From the NCBI GenBank assembly GCA_951406725.2, contig OX597817.1, positions 22,568,001-22,632,000 of the forward strand: DNA of 64,000 nt, in the 5' to 3' direction. Positions 12,578-27,039 of the stretch are shown piece by piece. This stretch comes from Octopus vulgaris (taxonomy: Eukaryota). A program made the translations under genes and the position numbers. The notes under the pieces are model-generated. The model worked only from the letters and a program-made list of their open reading frames with translations. It searched no databases and was not told the origin of the DNA. Each line of letters starts with the position of its first letter. Position 1 is the first letter of the stretch.

Positions 12578-14835
12578 GTATTGATAGAAGATCAAGAAGT
12601 CATTTCTGTGTTACCAAAGTTTCCTGCTATCTCAGCCATTCTTTTGGTTGTTTGCTTAATTTTGGTTGACCATTGTGAAGTGATCATCAAGTGCTTCTGG
12701 GTATAATTGTTTTTACGTAACAACACCCCCACTCGAAATGTCGGACGCTTTTAATTTTTTTCAAAACAACGAAAATTAAATCGTTTCCGGGAAAATCAAG
12801 ACGGTTTTCAATGAAATCACAATAATATACGACAGAAAAACTTAAGAGAATGAAAAGGAATGCAGCAGTTAAAGTTAAAGAGAGTGAACGTGCCAAATCT
12901 CCAAGCGCTTTGAAATTTGCTATTCTTGAAAGTGATAGCAATACAATTGCCTTGGCGAAAAAAAGAAAAGAAAAAGAGCAACAAAATAATAATAATAAAA
13001 AAGGAACGACAAGAGTAAAACCCCACCATGACTACCACCACAACGAGATCAACCAACAAGAACTCGTGCAACATAAGAAGCAAAAATAAATAAGTACTGC
13101 AACAGCAACAGAGACAGATTGCCGGTCCCGTGGAAGGCAAGCTACGTCATAAAAAAAATTACGTCTTTGTAAATTCCACAATAAAAGAAAATGTGTCTCT
13201 GTCACTGTTTTATAATTATCGACATTGCCATCGCAACATTTCCTGTGCTTTACGGAAACATGCACACCACTATACCAACAGGAAAACCTAGAGCACAAAC
13301 ATTTCCAGCCAAAATATAAAGATGCGTGCTGCTTTACAATAGTCACAAGCGGCTATGAAGAAGTTTTCATGATAAACACAGAAACTTGCAGGTAGCAGAA
13401 AAGCTCGACAATAAAATCAACAAGATCAGTGAGATACGAGTTTCTTTACAATTTAGGGGTGGGGAATAAACTGCTTCAGTAAATATTATACACTATTCTC
13501 CATATCTACCAACACAAAAACGCAATCACGCAAACATTTACGACTCAGACTTGACAAAATCAGCAACCATATGGCGTCATTCAGATGGTATCTTTGTAGA
13601 TTTTTCTTTAGGGCGACGAATGAAAATAGCCTAGGGTATCTACCATTCAAACTGGAAGCTTCGGGTGTATGGTGTGCAAGGCCGACTTAGTAGATAAGAC
13701 TCAAAGACCGGGAACCGTTTCTTCGAAATCGAACGCATCTTTCACGGCGCTACCGAGAACTTAATGCATTTAAAGGGGATTATTTTATGATGAGATAAAA
13801 CATTGATGTGATTTAAACAAGGACCAGAGTTTATGCATTTGCTCAGTTTGTGTGAGGGATGAAGAGAGAGAGAAAGATAGAGAGAAGGAGAGAGAGATAA
13901 CGAGAGAGCTAAGAGCAAGCTTACTCTGGTAAAATGTTTGCATTTGGTGCCTGCGTTTGATAGGGAGAGAATGTAATGTTTTTGCTACATATTTATATGC
14001 TTATCGATACGTTAGTATCACTATTATAAGTCATATCATGCACATGCGCATACATAAACATATAATATGTGCTCCTAATATCTGGTAGTCGGGATGACCC
14101 AGACAAATATTTCAACATATATCAAGTGAAACACGGGTTTTCTTTGTCTATTTTTCAAATAAGTGCAATATATGAATTAAATAAGATAAAAAAGGAATTC
14201 ATTGAAAGAATACTAACCCATCATTTCATGTGTGTCTATTGTAAATGCAGACTTATTGTGAAAAAGAATGTGCGAAATGCAAAAGAGTATAACATAAAAT
14301 AACCCCTACAAAAAAAAATTGACATGCAAATAAACCAAACCAAATGGAAATTCTTTGGTTAATCCTACGGAAATTACAATTATATGACAGAGCGTTACAC
14401 ATTTTCTGTTTGATTTATAACTATATAAAAACTATATCTCGCTCACGCACTTAGAATTTGCGGCGTTTTGAATTTTCCAGTATTGAATACAACCAAATGC
14501 TTGGAATGATATTTATTGTGAGGTTAAGTAATGTAGAAGAAGTATTATAGAGTTTAGCTGGCGTACATTCGCTTCAACGTATTCAAAATATGTTCGTAAA
14601 AGCCATGCTTCAATAACAAAGATATTTATCATGCATAAGCTTATAACTTTATAAATCGGACTATGAAAGTGCAGCAGCCACTAGAATTACAATAATAAAT
14701 CTAAATATGTTTTTTCTTTAGCTTTCTTATTCTTATTATTAATCTCATTATTATTCACAATAAACATATTCAAAACAAAAATGGTGAGACAATATTAATA
14801 ATGATAATATATAAATATATAGACACTCACACTAT

Positions 14836-15110
<275 letters not shown>

Positions 15111-15201
15111 AACTATACATTTCTCTTTACAATCACGTGCGTGTGAGTTTGCAACGAACGCATACACACATATCCGTACACACACTCACATACTCACATA
15201 C

Positions 15202-15240
<39 letters not shown>

Positions 15241-15550
15241 CATATTTCTCTTCAGTTTCTATAACAATGGTTGTTATATTTCTGAAATACAGAGAATGAA
15301 GATTCAATTCAGTTATTACTGAAAGTAATGGGATAGAAATAAAAACACTGAAATAAACATAGAATAGACAAAAGAAGAAAGAAAAGGAAAGACACAAAAG
15401 ATATCAAATCAATGTAGAAAAGGGAAATAATATTTTTAAACGAATTATATACTTTGCTGACTTTCATTTTCTATAAATTTTATGTATTCGTATAATATGC
15501 ATGTGTACACGTAAGCAAATTGTATTTGTCTGCCTGTTTGGCGTAGTTAT

Positions 15551-15598
<48 letters not shown>

Positions 15599-15643
15599 AA
15601 AAGAAACAATCCACAGGGAACGTTTCTTTTGGATAACACCAGC

Positions 15644-15687
<44 letters not shown>

Positions 15688-15731
15688 GTATATATACACA
15701 TGTGTATATATATACATGTGTATATATACAC

Positions 15732-15771
<40 letters not shown>

Positions 15772-15772
<1 letters not shown>

Positions 15773-16400
15773 AAGAAACGTTCCCGGTGGGACAAGCCCG
15801 TTGTAGTTGGGTCTTCTGCCACTAGAAGCCACTTGATGCGACCCACAGGCATCAGTCTATTGACCGGCGTCGTCGGTTGTGTCGTACTTCTAATTGATGC
15901 CTCTTTGTTTCGCAGCAGTTTTTCTTCACTGCTCGTCGATTTTTGCGATGGCTGAAACGAAGGAACAGCGTGCTACCATGAAATTCCGTTCTTCTTTTTG
16001 CTGTGGGGGAGGGGGGGACGGTGGCCGAATTCGTTGTCATGCTTCAGAGAGTGCACAAGGCCGCTGCCATGGGCAAAACGCAAGTTTAGGAATGGTTTTA
16101 TGCTTTAGGAATAGTCACTGGTAGCTTGAAGACTAACTTCGTTCAAGGCGACTGTCGACCTCTCGAATGAATGAAAACAACATAAAGATTCATGAACTGA
16201 TCTAGAAAGACCGTCACTGAACAATTAATGAACTTGTTGATATGATTGGTGTATTTGGAGCCAACGAAGTTTGAGCGATTAATTGAGAATGAAAAGTGTT
16301 GCCACAAAATTTGTGCCTCACTTGCTCACGGAAGATCAAAGTCAGTCACAACTGAATGTGTGTCGTGCACTGAAAGAATAGTCGGAAGTTGATCATGACC
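15772..16400 (+). mobile_element. Mariner (Tc1/mariner) transposon 5' fragment with decayed transposase
   Basis: From the ATG at 15948: [46 protein letters not shown]...MKSVATKFVPHLLTEDQ, i.e. HTH region and WVPHEL-type motif; stops and frameshifts; catalytic domain absent. Confidence 0.85.
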
Positions 16401-17099
16401 TATACGTGTTTTGCACCCTAGAGTAAAAATATAGTGCATAAAAGCTGAAATGAAAATCTTTGGCGAGGAGGCCTCTGGTTGGCTGCTTGTTCTGATAGAA
16501 ATCGGCATGAAATTGGTAAATTTGTAGTAAATTATACTTAGCTCAACTGAAAACAAAGGCTAAAAAAATGGATACAGTGTTCTTAGATGTCAGAGGATCT
16601 ACTAGCTAGGCAAAATATGTAGTCTGAATTTTACATGCTCCAGTCCCTCAGTTTGGATTGTTATTCGCATTCATAGCGACTGAATTTGCTAACCGTAAGC
16701 CACAAAAAATTATTTTTCAGCATATCGAAAAGCCTACAATCTTCAACATTAAATTATTATTGTTTCTGAACGTTGTTGTTTTACAACTACCACGGACTGC
16801 TCGAAGCTTACAAACTTCCTACTCTTAGATCTTTGGCTCTTATAATTACATATCGTGTATGAATACATATTGAAGTAAAAAGGTATGAGTATGGTTATGG
16901 CTTCTGTACTTTTAATCAAAAGTATTCTCGATCTTGGCTGATAGGAGACGAAAGACAAACATAGAAAAAAATCAAAATATTCGTATCCGATAAGACAATA
17001 TTGATATCATGTTTTTCAATATATCAGCATAATGAGAAACAAAAACACAGGGAAATTTTGTCGCCGATATTTTGTCAGAATGTTCAATCGCTACATGAA

Positions 17100-17735
17100 A
17101 GAAGCAGAACTATGATCAAAAGCGATTCCAGTTGTGACAGTCCCATCTGTTTCTCAAGTTTAAGATATTACTGTCCCTAGGATTACATCATCTCGTGTCG
17201 CCCTTTTTTCGAAGATAGCAGAGTATGATTTAAAGGAAATTTGGTCGTTACTTCTAGAAGGCCGAGCAATCTCATACCGGTATTGTGTGCCGTACGATGA
17301 AGTAGAAAACAAAACTTGAACTGGTCCCTTGTCGAAATGTTTAGCATAATATCAACTTTTATTTCTGTCGTTTCTTTACAAATCCTATTTAGGCCTGAAA
17401 CTAATTCAGATTCTAATGATTATCCATTCACATAAAACTTCAAAGAATTCATGGAATATATACGGCTATTTTTATACATCGATATGCTAATCTAAAGTTC
17501 AATTCAATTTTCCTGTCTTGTTATTACAATGTAGTTTACCGACAACCCTGATGAAACATAATTGTATCCAAAAACATTCCGTCAATGGTAACCATCGTAT
17601 TTTATTTTCAGACTAAATATATGTAAAATTACATGATTTAATAGCCTTTCTCGTTTGGAAACAGCAGAGTCTGATTTGAGAAAGATTTGCTTACTATTTC
17701 TAGCATGTTGAACTGCCAAATAGCGGATCCTTTAT
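17100..17735 (+). mobile_element. Two degraded copies of an old interspersed repeat
   Basis: 17100-17280 and 17530-17735 share AGCAGAGT.TGATTT...GA.ATTTG....TA.TTCTAG; reverse copies near 31170-31310 and 62610-62790. Confidence 0.5.
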
Positions 17736-18949
17736 CTTTATAGGAATAGGCAAAACTATTTCTTGCGCTAGGTGATTTATCAAAATACAGCTCAACATTA
17801 CTGTTATTTGTTTTATCGAAGTCGGAGAGGTAGATAAGTTGGATGAGTGGATCAAAACTAAATTCTATAATATATTTAGTCTAACAGTCCACAGTTCTTG
17901 TCAACTCTGTCCAAAAATACATTTATAGATAACACACATAAAAATAGATTCTTCTTAAACATGATGTAAATAGTTAGTAAACCTGCCAAAGTGAGAGATA
18001 AGTTGTTATAAAATCCTCTAGATGTAAATATATATCCGATCAGTTAAACAATTGGCAGTAATATGATGGTCATAGGAAAGAATATAAACGAAAATAGCTT
18101 AAAACAGTGTCGAATTAAATATATAGATGCTCATCTTAAGGGCAAAACTTATATAGAACTTGTTCAATTTACAATAGAAATAAACCATCTTGAAGATATA
18201 ATTCAACAAATCATATTTTCTGAAAGATTAAATCCTGGCAATTCACCTTCAAGGTAGAAATGAACAGCTTGTTTGTTCTGCGTCTTCTTATATTATAAAT
18301 CGATATATTTGCATAGACAAATATAATTTCTGTATATATTTATAAACATACTCCTCTTACACAAATATATATGTGTGTTCGTACAGTTTTATATTAATTT
18401 GAAAATAGAATTTTCGACAGTATCGCCTCTATTTTATTTTATTTTCCCCACGTAGTTTTATGCATGTATTTTGCATATAGTTTGTTGCGAAGCTTCCACA
18501 AATATTACATACATACAGATATTTCTTAGTAAGTCATTCAATATGCCTTTCTATTGTAGAAACACAGAGCGATCTTAGCATAATGCACAAACATAATAAT
18601 AATGTAATCTGATATACATAAGGGTATTCAAGCGAAATATATTTGGAAATACAGATATTAATATTAGAATAAATACAATTTTTCCCCTCTGAAGCGATGC
18701 TGTTTTTAGTTGCCATATCACCGTCAGCAAATAGAAAAAAATAGCACATAGTTTTTCTTATATGTACGACTTGCCTAGTTTTATGTTGTTAAAATTTCGG
18801 TGGATATCGTTTGCTTCCATCTTTTGCCCACGGGTGAAATTAAAGTATGTATGGTTTCGACTGTTTTTGATTATTTAAATTTTTGCTCTGAAGAAGTAGC
18901 TAATTTCTAACAAAGGTACAAAACTCTACAGGTGAAATATAGATAACGA

Positions 18950-20560
18950 AAACAATATCACATTTTACTGTTCCACTTACAGATTGTTTTTGTAATGTGT
19001 GAGTTAGTTAGTCGACTACTTTTTCTGGAAACCCTTGTTTCCCCAGATTCTCACTTAGGCATTTACTCACAAAACCATGTGTACAGATTATTATTGGTAT
19101 AAATGTAAATTTATAATTAGGATATTGAAGTTGGGGGTTTTGAAGCAGTTATCCTAGTTATCCTCTTATTCTTTGATTTTCAGCGAGATATTCACATCAG
19201 TAGAACAACCGACCTCTATGACGGTAGATAATTATTCTTGTCTGTCCCAAAACAACAATATCCGGCCAGTTATGCTTATACTTGACAGGTGTTTTGATGG
19301 AAATTTCCCACCAGTGTCCCTTTTGTTGACGTTTGGGAACGCATTCAATAGCAGAAGGAGAGTAGCTTTCTATTCTTCTACATTCTTTTTTTCTGCATAG
19401 CATTGTTTTATTGTTTTCGCAAATGACGTCGTGTCACAGTGAGAGGTAATATATTGGTGACACTTTTGGGCAGCTGCTAATTACGTATGTAATGCCTTCC
19501 ACAGTTATAAGACATAATCAACATTTTCGGTTGTATCTAAGGTTTTCAAAGGCTTCGCTGTCTCTTTAGTCTATCAGGTACTTAATAGCAATCTCCTGTT
19601 CTTGGATTGCAAATGCATCATAGCCTTCGAAGGGTGATGTGCGGTGGCGGTCACGAATCCGAGAGTAGCTTTGCTTTATATTGATATTATTTTCGTCTTC
19701 AATTCTACGAGAAACAAACCCATGCATAGTCTTTATGTTGTGTGCTGAACGTTTTACTTCCGACACCCTTCTTTCAGACATGTTAGCCCGGCTGCTTTAG
19801 GGTTGTATGGAAAGTTAAGAAGAGAGTCCTTCCTGAGGGGTTTGCTCCTGACACGTAGGATATTGTTCAATTCATTTTACATCACTAAGTCAATGCATTT
19901 ATTTTTCCTGCTGTTTTTAGCAATTGCTGTCTGAGGGAGACTACACGACATTCAAAAGCTACCTGTTTTGACCTCAAGCCTTCACCTCCTTTATCTGTTC
20001 TTAGGTAGAGCCTCTCGATATTACTATTTCTATGGAGACTTCCTGTTTATGCCGTTATCTCGCGGGTTTGAATGTCGGTGGAGTGGATTTCTTCTACAGA
20101 CATGTTAAGTGTCGGAAATGTTGGAATCAGCTTATCTATTGCAAATGCATTGAGGGATATTGTCTTGTAAGAAGAGATTTCCGACTGCCATATATTTCTA
20201 AGTCTGGAACGTATGTATGTATGTATGTATGTATGTATGTATGTATGTATGTATGTATGTATGTATGTATGTATGTATGTATGTATATATACATGTATGT
20301 ACATATGTATGTATGCATGTATGTATGTATATATACATGTATGTATGTATGTATGTATGTATGTATGTATGTACATATGTATGTATGTATGTATGTATGT
20401 ATATATACATGTATGTATATATGTATGTATGTATGCATGTATGTATGTATGTATGTATGTATGTATGTATGTATGTATGTATGTATGTATATATGTATGT
20501 GCAATGGGGAATGTGACGGAGCCTGAACGTAGATACTTCCAAGTATCCTTATATTTACTC
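18950..20560 (-). mobile_element. Degraded RLE-type non-LTR retrotransposon (distinct R4-like family), interrupted by (TATG)n
   Basis: Minus-strand peptides NIWQSEISSY..NAFAI..LIPTF, FEGYDAFAIQEQEIAIKYL, KC*LC..VEGITYVISSCPK, WW..IKTPVKYKHNWPDIVV. Confidence 0.75.
20211..20500. repeat. (TATG)n microsatellite
   Basis: Directly visible. Confidence 0.97.
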
Positions 20561-21112
20561 ATTTTGTCTGAACTAAATATTGACTATCATTAATTCCTAC
20601 TCTTGGCACAGCTTTATAAAGAGTAGTCTATTTGCGTTGCTTATTACTAGTCCGTGATTTCCTATGCTACTCCAAAAAATATAGAATCACTATCCTAAAC
20701 GGACATTTAAATCCCTCAGAAATACAAGTTAGTCATTTTTATCAACATTTATCAGAAATGTTTTTTAATCAACCGCCCTCCATCACGCGTGCAAAAGAAG
20801 GATAAACGTTTATTTCACCCTTGAGACTGACAACAGTTGGTGCATAACAGCGATCATTGTCTTGAAGTGTTTCGAGTGGAGTTGAAGCCATATTGTCATT
20901 ACACTTGAGAGAAACCGCGAAGAAGCTCTGTTAAATGATTTCCCAAGGGGGTTCTAACGGCAAAAGGAACACCAGTATTTCGACGTAAATTGTTTGACCA
21001 CTCCTTATGAAGTAAGTTGTAACCAGACTCTAGTTCTTTTAACTGGTCATGAAAAAACTTCGCTTTTGAGGGTGCAGTTATATCGAGGTTATATGAAGAA
21101 AATTTCCTACAT

Positions 21113-21243
21113 AGGCGTTGGAGTGGCTGTGTGGTAAGTAGCTTGCTTACCAACCACATGGCTCCGGGTTCAGTCCCACTGCATGTGCCGACCAAAGCCT
21201 TGTGAGTGGATTTGGTTGACGGAAATGTATATATGTATACATG

Positions 21244-21286
<43 letters not shown>

Positions 21287-21490
21287 ATTTGTGTGCTTGT
21301 GTTTCTCTCCCCAACATCGCTTGACAACCAATGTTGGTGTGTTTACGTCCCCGTAACTTAGCGGTTCGATAAAAAGACCGATAGAATAAGTACTAGGCTT
21401 ACAAATAATGAGTCCTGGGGTCGATTTGCTCGACTAGAGGCGGTGCTCAAGCATGGCCACAGTCAAATGACTGAAACAAGTAAAAGAGTA
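21113..21490 (+). mobile_element. SINE family C with internal deletion
   Basis: Aligns with 4528-4937. Confidence 0.88.
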
Positions 21491-22029
21491 GATGTAAAAG
21501 TGGTACAGTGCTCAATGTATGCCGGATTCTGGCAAGTCTAAAAATGTAATTAGATTCCATCACTTGATCTTAAAATTGAGTTTTTCTTTTGAAGATGTTA
21601 TTTGTCCATGATTTAACGCAAATGTTTGTTGAACATTTGTATTTCGCTTGCCTTAGTGAATAATCGCGATCCACGATGTGTTGACTTGCTTGGTAGTGGA
21701 AAGTGTTGCTTAGACTTCGTTTCCTAGGCCGCTCTGGCCAGTAGACGAGCAGCGCTATCTCTAAAAGGAGCTGTTCAGTCACTCGGTCTGCTGACGAACC
21801 ACTCCATCGTCACATTTCAAGATGAATTGACCACTATCCCATGCTGCTTGCGTGTAGGTTAGCGATTGCATATTCTAAATTGTAAGGTGTGTAATTTCAG
21901 TTGCAAGTTGTTTTTTTTTTGCATATTCGTTTATTGTTCCGAGCGTCAAAGAAGTTCCTATGTGTGGATATGTTTTGATTGGATAAATTGTTACACAACA
22001 CTGACCCCAACGCAATCAGCTATAACGCA

Positions 22030-22760
22030 TAACGATGCCAGTATCTACATCCGTTACCGCTCGACATGTAAATTTTACAACATCCGTCGGTTCACTACAA
22101 TAACAAAAGCGTTCATGGCTCTCATTCGTAAAATTCCTTACTCCGATCTCGCAACCTACACTGTAAAAGACCTGCAGTTCCTAATTCATATCTTTTTAGC
22201 CACGTGTGATGAATTTGGACTTACTGCCAGCCTTAAGAACATAGTAGTCACGTTACAATCAGCAGCAGGCAAGCCATATATGCCATGGTGGATATCCGTC
22301 AAGGCTAAAAATTTAAAATCGTAGATCCTGGTAGCACACTATCTAGATTTAGTACACAGTTGTAGACTTTGACGCATTTGAAAAGTTTGAATCGAGACTC
22401 TGGTTAAAAACGGACTTCAAAGCAGCCAGGTAAGTTGAGGTCTATCAAACTTATGGCTTAATAGTGCTTTTGTATGGATATGGGAGATTTTACTGTAGGT
22501 GCATCCAATGGCTCCAGCGTTTCAATCAGTAATATTTGCATATCTCGAACATCTCATAGTAGTCTCATATAACTGATAGGCGTGTACTGCAGCTGGCGAA
22601 GATAACGAGTATCTTGAAATACCAGCTTAAATAGTCTGGTCATCTTCTCCGTTTATATGAGACTAGCATGCAAAAACAGGAGTTGTATGGTGAACTGGAA
22701 CTAGGAAAAGATCTCTAAGTCTAAGGGGCTGCATGAGACGTCATTAACGATGGGAAGAAC
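22030..22760 (+). mobile_element. RTE-clade LINE reverse transcriptase fragment, decayed
   Basis: SIYIRYRSTCKFYNIRRFTTITKAFMALIRKIPYSD..DLQ.LI..F..TCDEFGLT.SLK and later QLK*SGHLLRL...KQELYGEL match RTE/BovB-type RT (YADD region and thumb). Confidence 0.8.
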
Positions 22761-24242
22761 AATTTAGAGAAATTTCATAGAGTAAAATGGGTTTTATTAC
22801 CTTACGAGTCGAGTTCAACCATGTGTGTATATATGTATGTATATATGTATGTATGTATGTTTGCATGTATGTAGGTAAAGTATATTCGGGACGAGGTTAT
22901 TCTTAAGACTGGAAGTTTTATGAGCATGCATCAATGAAAATGCAATGTAGCTATTATCGAGTGATTACACGGTTTAAAAAGAAAACCGTATATAAACTGA
23001 CCAATTGGTCTATTTTACCTAATTGTTACTGTGGTATCTCAATCTGAAAAGTGTGGTCTCAGGAAACTTATTTCTTGCGAACAGGGACTCCCTTGTTAAT
23101 ACAGTAACAAACGCTAATTGCCAGTGATTCATCGTTATATTTGGGACCAAAAAGAGAATCATTGTAGGATTACTTTGTGGGAAGCTATAAAATGGACATC
23201 CGATTGACATGGAGACTTGTACCAACATTTCTATTTTGTACGGTTGAACAACTGTGAAGATATCCTTACAAGAAACAATTGGTTGCCTTAATAAACCCAC
23301 AAATAAAGAATATATATATATATATATATATATATGTAACTACGGCTCAGCGGGATCACAAAGAACATGCAAAAAGCGGTATGGACGTAGACAGGATCAA
23401 TTCCTAAGCAGTTATCCACCGCAAATCATCACAATTTCGATACCTTACCATAATATCCTCGAATGTAGTCGTGTCAGCAACATAAACTCAGGTGGTCGGG
23501 TTGTTTCTGAGAGGTTGACGAGCGGTCGGTGTGAAAAGATCTCTAAGAAGAGCTACACACACACACACACACATGCATACACACACAAATATGCATACAC
23601 ATAGATAAATCCGAGGTTTATCTGTTAGAAATATAGTTAAGATGCTTAGGAAAATGAAGTATTTGGACGGAGTGTCATTATTTTTCATTAGTTGAGCTGT
23701 CTGTTATACTAACCCTGCTGCCTATAAACATACGTATAAGAATATCGAATAAGTCAGTCTGCGTTTATTTAAATTTTCTCTCATCGAGTAATTCTCCTTT
23801 AATCTCCTCTTCTATGACGGCAGAACTAAAGATTCTTAGTGTTGTCGTTTTGCAGCGATGCTTGTGGTTTCAGAAAAAAACAAATTGATATTTTGTTCCC
23901 GCTTAATATACAATATATTATGCATTTAGCTATTATTATTTCTCGATATGACACACAAAACAAATACTATTGTATAACGATCTTTAAATGACGTTCCGCG
24001 CGCCAACTAGCGATTTAAATAAAATACCAGTCAACTTGCTAAAACAATATTTATATATCATAAATTGCCAAAAAAGTAAACTGTATTAAAAATTGTTTCA
24101 TTGGACAGGCTTCTTGACATAATTGATTTTTCATCTACTTTTCTCCATAAATTACCAATAGATTTCGTTTCAAACGATACAAACAGTCTGTCTTCTTCCA
24201 AAGATATTGCTTAATGGGTACTATATTTTCATGCTCTTTGTC

Positions 24243-24251
24243 ATCATTTTC

Positions 24252-24335
<84 letters not shown>

Positions 24336-24354
24336 TTCGTTATTTTTATTATTA

Positions 24355-24419
<65 letters not shown>

Positions 24420-24445
24420 TTTATTGTCATTATTATTATTATTAA

Positions 24446-24502
<57 letters not shown>

Positions 24503-24517
24503 CATTATTATTATTAA

Positions 24518-24563
<46 letters not shown>
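24243..24563. repeat. Long (TTA)n microsatellite
   Basis: Directly visible, about 320 bp. Confidence 0.97.
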
Positions 24564-25246
24564 TACTGATTTCTTTTTCCTCCAAGCACCATTTTTATAA
24601 ATTGTATGTTTTATAGTAATTTAATTTCCCAAGCATATAGTTAACATGGTGTTTTGCTTAGCAAGATAACAATTTATTTAATATTTTTCTTCAAAACAAT
24701 CTCAGAAAAAAGAAATTCAGTTAAATATGTAACTACTGGTTTTTATTTGTTTTCTTGTCTTAAGTTAATTAATGTGCTTTTGTTTTTAAGTAATATTTTA
24801 CTTTTCCACTTCCAAGCGCAATTCAGATGTAAACGTAAGAAGGAAACGCCTCATCTTTACTCGTTGATATACTTCAGAATAATATTAATTTGGTTGTCAA
24901 GATTTGTTTTCAATACTGGCAAAATTAAATTTATCCCCATTTATATGTATATACAAATATATTTCACAGATTAAGTCATTCTATTCATCATCAGTTTCTT
25001 TTTTGTTATTACAATGTTCAGCGATATTAAAGAAATTATCTCTGACAAAAAAACACATTAAATTCAGAATATATAGAGATGGAAACTGCTGCAAATGTAT
25101 GGCTGTTCAAAAATGTAAAACAAGTATCCTTAACTGTTTATTGCTTTTGCGAATTACAGCATGCCATAGCCACGAGGCAATGAGAGTACAGCGTGATCAC
25201 TAAATCTTTTGGAAAGAAATCGCTGAATATCTAGAGTAATATATTA

Positions 25247-25730
25247 ATAAGATAAATAATAAATGCGCCCTTTAAAAGCCTAGCCAGGCTCTTGGACCCG
25301 GTTTCCCGGGTTCAATGGCTTATGTGTACCCTAGCTGGACGGGACGCAAGTCCATCGCAGAGTTACTAATTGTTGCCAGCTGAGTGGACTGGAGCAACGT
25401 GAAATGAAGCGTTTTGCTCAAGAACACAACGCGTCACCCGATCCAGGAATCGAAACCACAATCTTACGATGATGATGCTGACACCCTAACCACTAAGACA
25501 CGCGCCTCCACAGAACCCGGTTTCCCGGGTTCAATGGCTTATGTGTTCCCTAGCTGGACGGGACGTCAGTCCATCGCAGCGTTACTCATTTTTGCCAGCT
25601 GAGTGGACTGGACCAACGTGAAATGAAGTGTTTTGCTCAAGAACACAACGCATCGCCCGGTCCAGGAATCGAAACCACAATCTTACGATCATGATGCTGA
25701 CACCCTAACCACTAAGACACGCGCCTCCAC
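25247..25730 (-). mobile_element. tRNA-derived SINE family D with tandem duplication of its 5' 219 bp
   Basis: Minus-strand tRNA-like head GGAGGCGCGTGTCTTAGTGGTTAGGG...GTTTCGATTCC occurs twice; 14-bp TSD AGAGTAATATATTA at 25233-25246 and 25731-25744; single copy at 52340. Confidence 0.9.
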
Positions 25731-27039
25731 AGAGTAATATATTACAGGCTTAAAAATAGAAGATCATATGTATCAGTATATTCATATATACGTGAAAAAA
25801 TTATCAAGGCCGATCACCTTCGATCATAATTTTTTCGGGATCAGTTTTGATTTGACGCTAAATGATAAGAACAATTACTACAAATGGGTGTATGCTTGAA
25901 ATAACAACCAACACCTACAGGTCTCATCTTACAATCTTAAAGAAGGACAAATTAGTTAATACTTTTCTTTATATAAAATGAGATGAGATGGGCACAATTA
26001 AAATGATTTTGATTATATATCATCTCGATCGGAAAAACATGGAGTTAAGGAATAACAATTTGGAACTGGATTGATTCGGTACTTGATAAATAAGGAAGTT
26101 GTTCACATACATAATGCTGAACGCATGCATAATGCAGCTTATGCTAGTGATCCTTTCATGTTTTCTCTGTGCTATTCCTGACAATACACATAACGCAGCT
26201 ACCACCGAATTGCCAAGTGTAACCACAAGGTTAATTACACTTTCAATCTTATTGCTTGACATCTTAGGCATGTTTGACTTTTACAAGCTTCGGATGAATG
26301 GAAGTAGTGAAACACACAAAATTTTCGTGACATCGTATCATATTAATTGTACATTAAATTCAAAGAACCATCTTTGTCACACACTGTCACATACTGATTA
26401 CGTGAACAGTATACGATTCTGTAGAGTACTCAGTCGTTTACACGTTAATTAATGAATGAATCTACATTGCAGTTGATCTAGCAACTAGAATATCTATCCT
26501 TCAAACCGATGCAGGATCAATTTACTTTATTTACCGTACTTTGTAACCTTGTGGTACCATGAAAAATATTACGTTTGCGGAACCCTGGAGTCACTTTGTC
26601 CCCACCAATAAAGTGCATTTAAATACCGGAAACAAACTTCAGTTTTTTTCTTTTATCAATCAGTGTTTATTGTCTGAATAATGTATTACAGCTTTTTATG
26701 GGCACATTTCCTAATCCCGGCACTGATTACAGATCATCTTGCTATTTTCTTTATATGCAGAATTACAGCATCCACTGTAAATGAAATTGGTCTTTTTGTC
26801 TTTTGATCTTGGGAAATGAAATATCTTTTGCCTTGTGATGAATGATGCTAAGTAGTGCTTTGAACAGCTGAAGGGGCTTCTGGTGTAATTCCCCAGCTAC
26901 GAACGATAATTTGCTTCACATAAGATCTCCATCAACCTCTAAGGATGCAACTTACGCTTTTTAGATATTGTTTATTGCTTTAGACACCGCAGAAACTGTA
27001 AGTAAAGTAATATATATATTTACAAGAGATGGTATTACA

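Noticed and set aside
21700-21800. Possible HDV-like ribozyme on the minus strand, upstream of the 18950-20560 LINE
   Set aside because: One P1-like pairing was seen, but P2, P3 and P1.1 could not be assembled.
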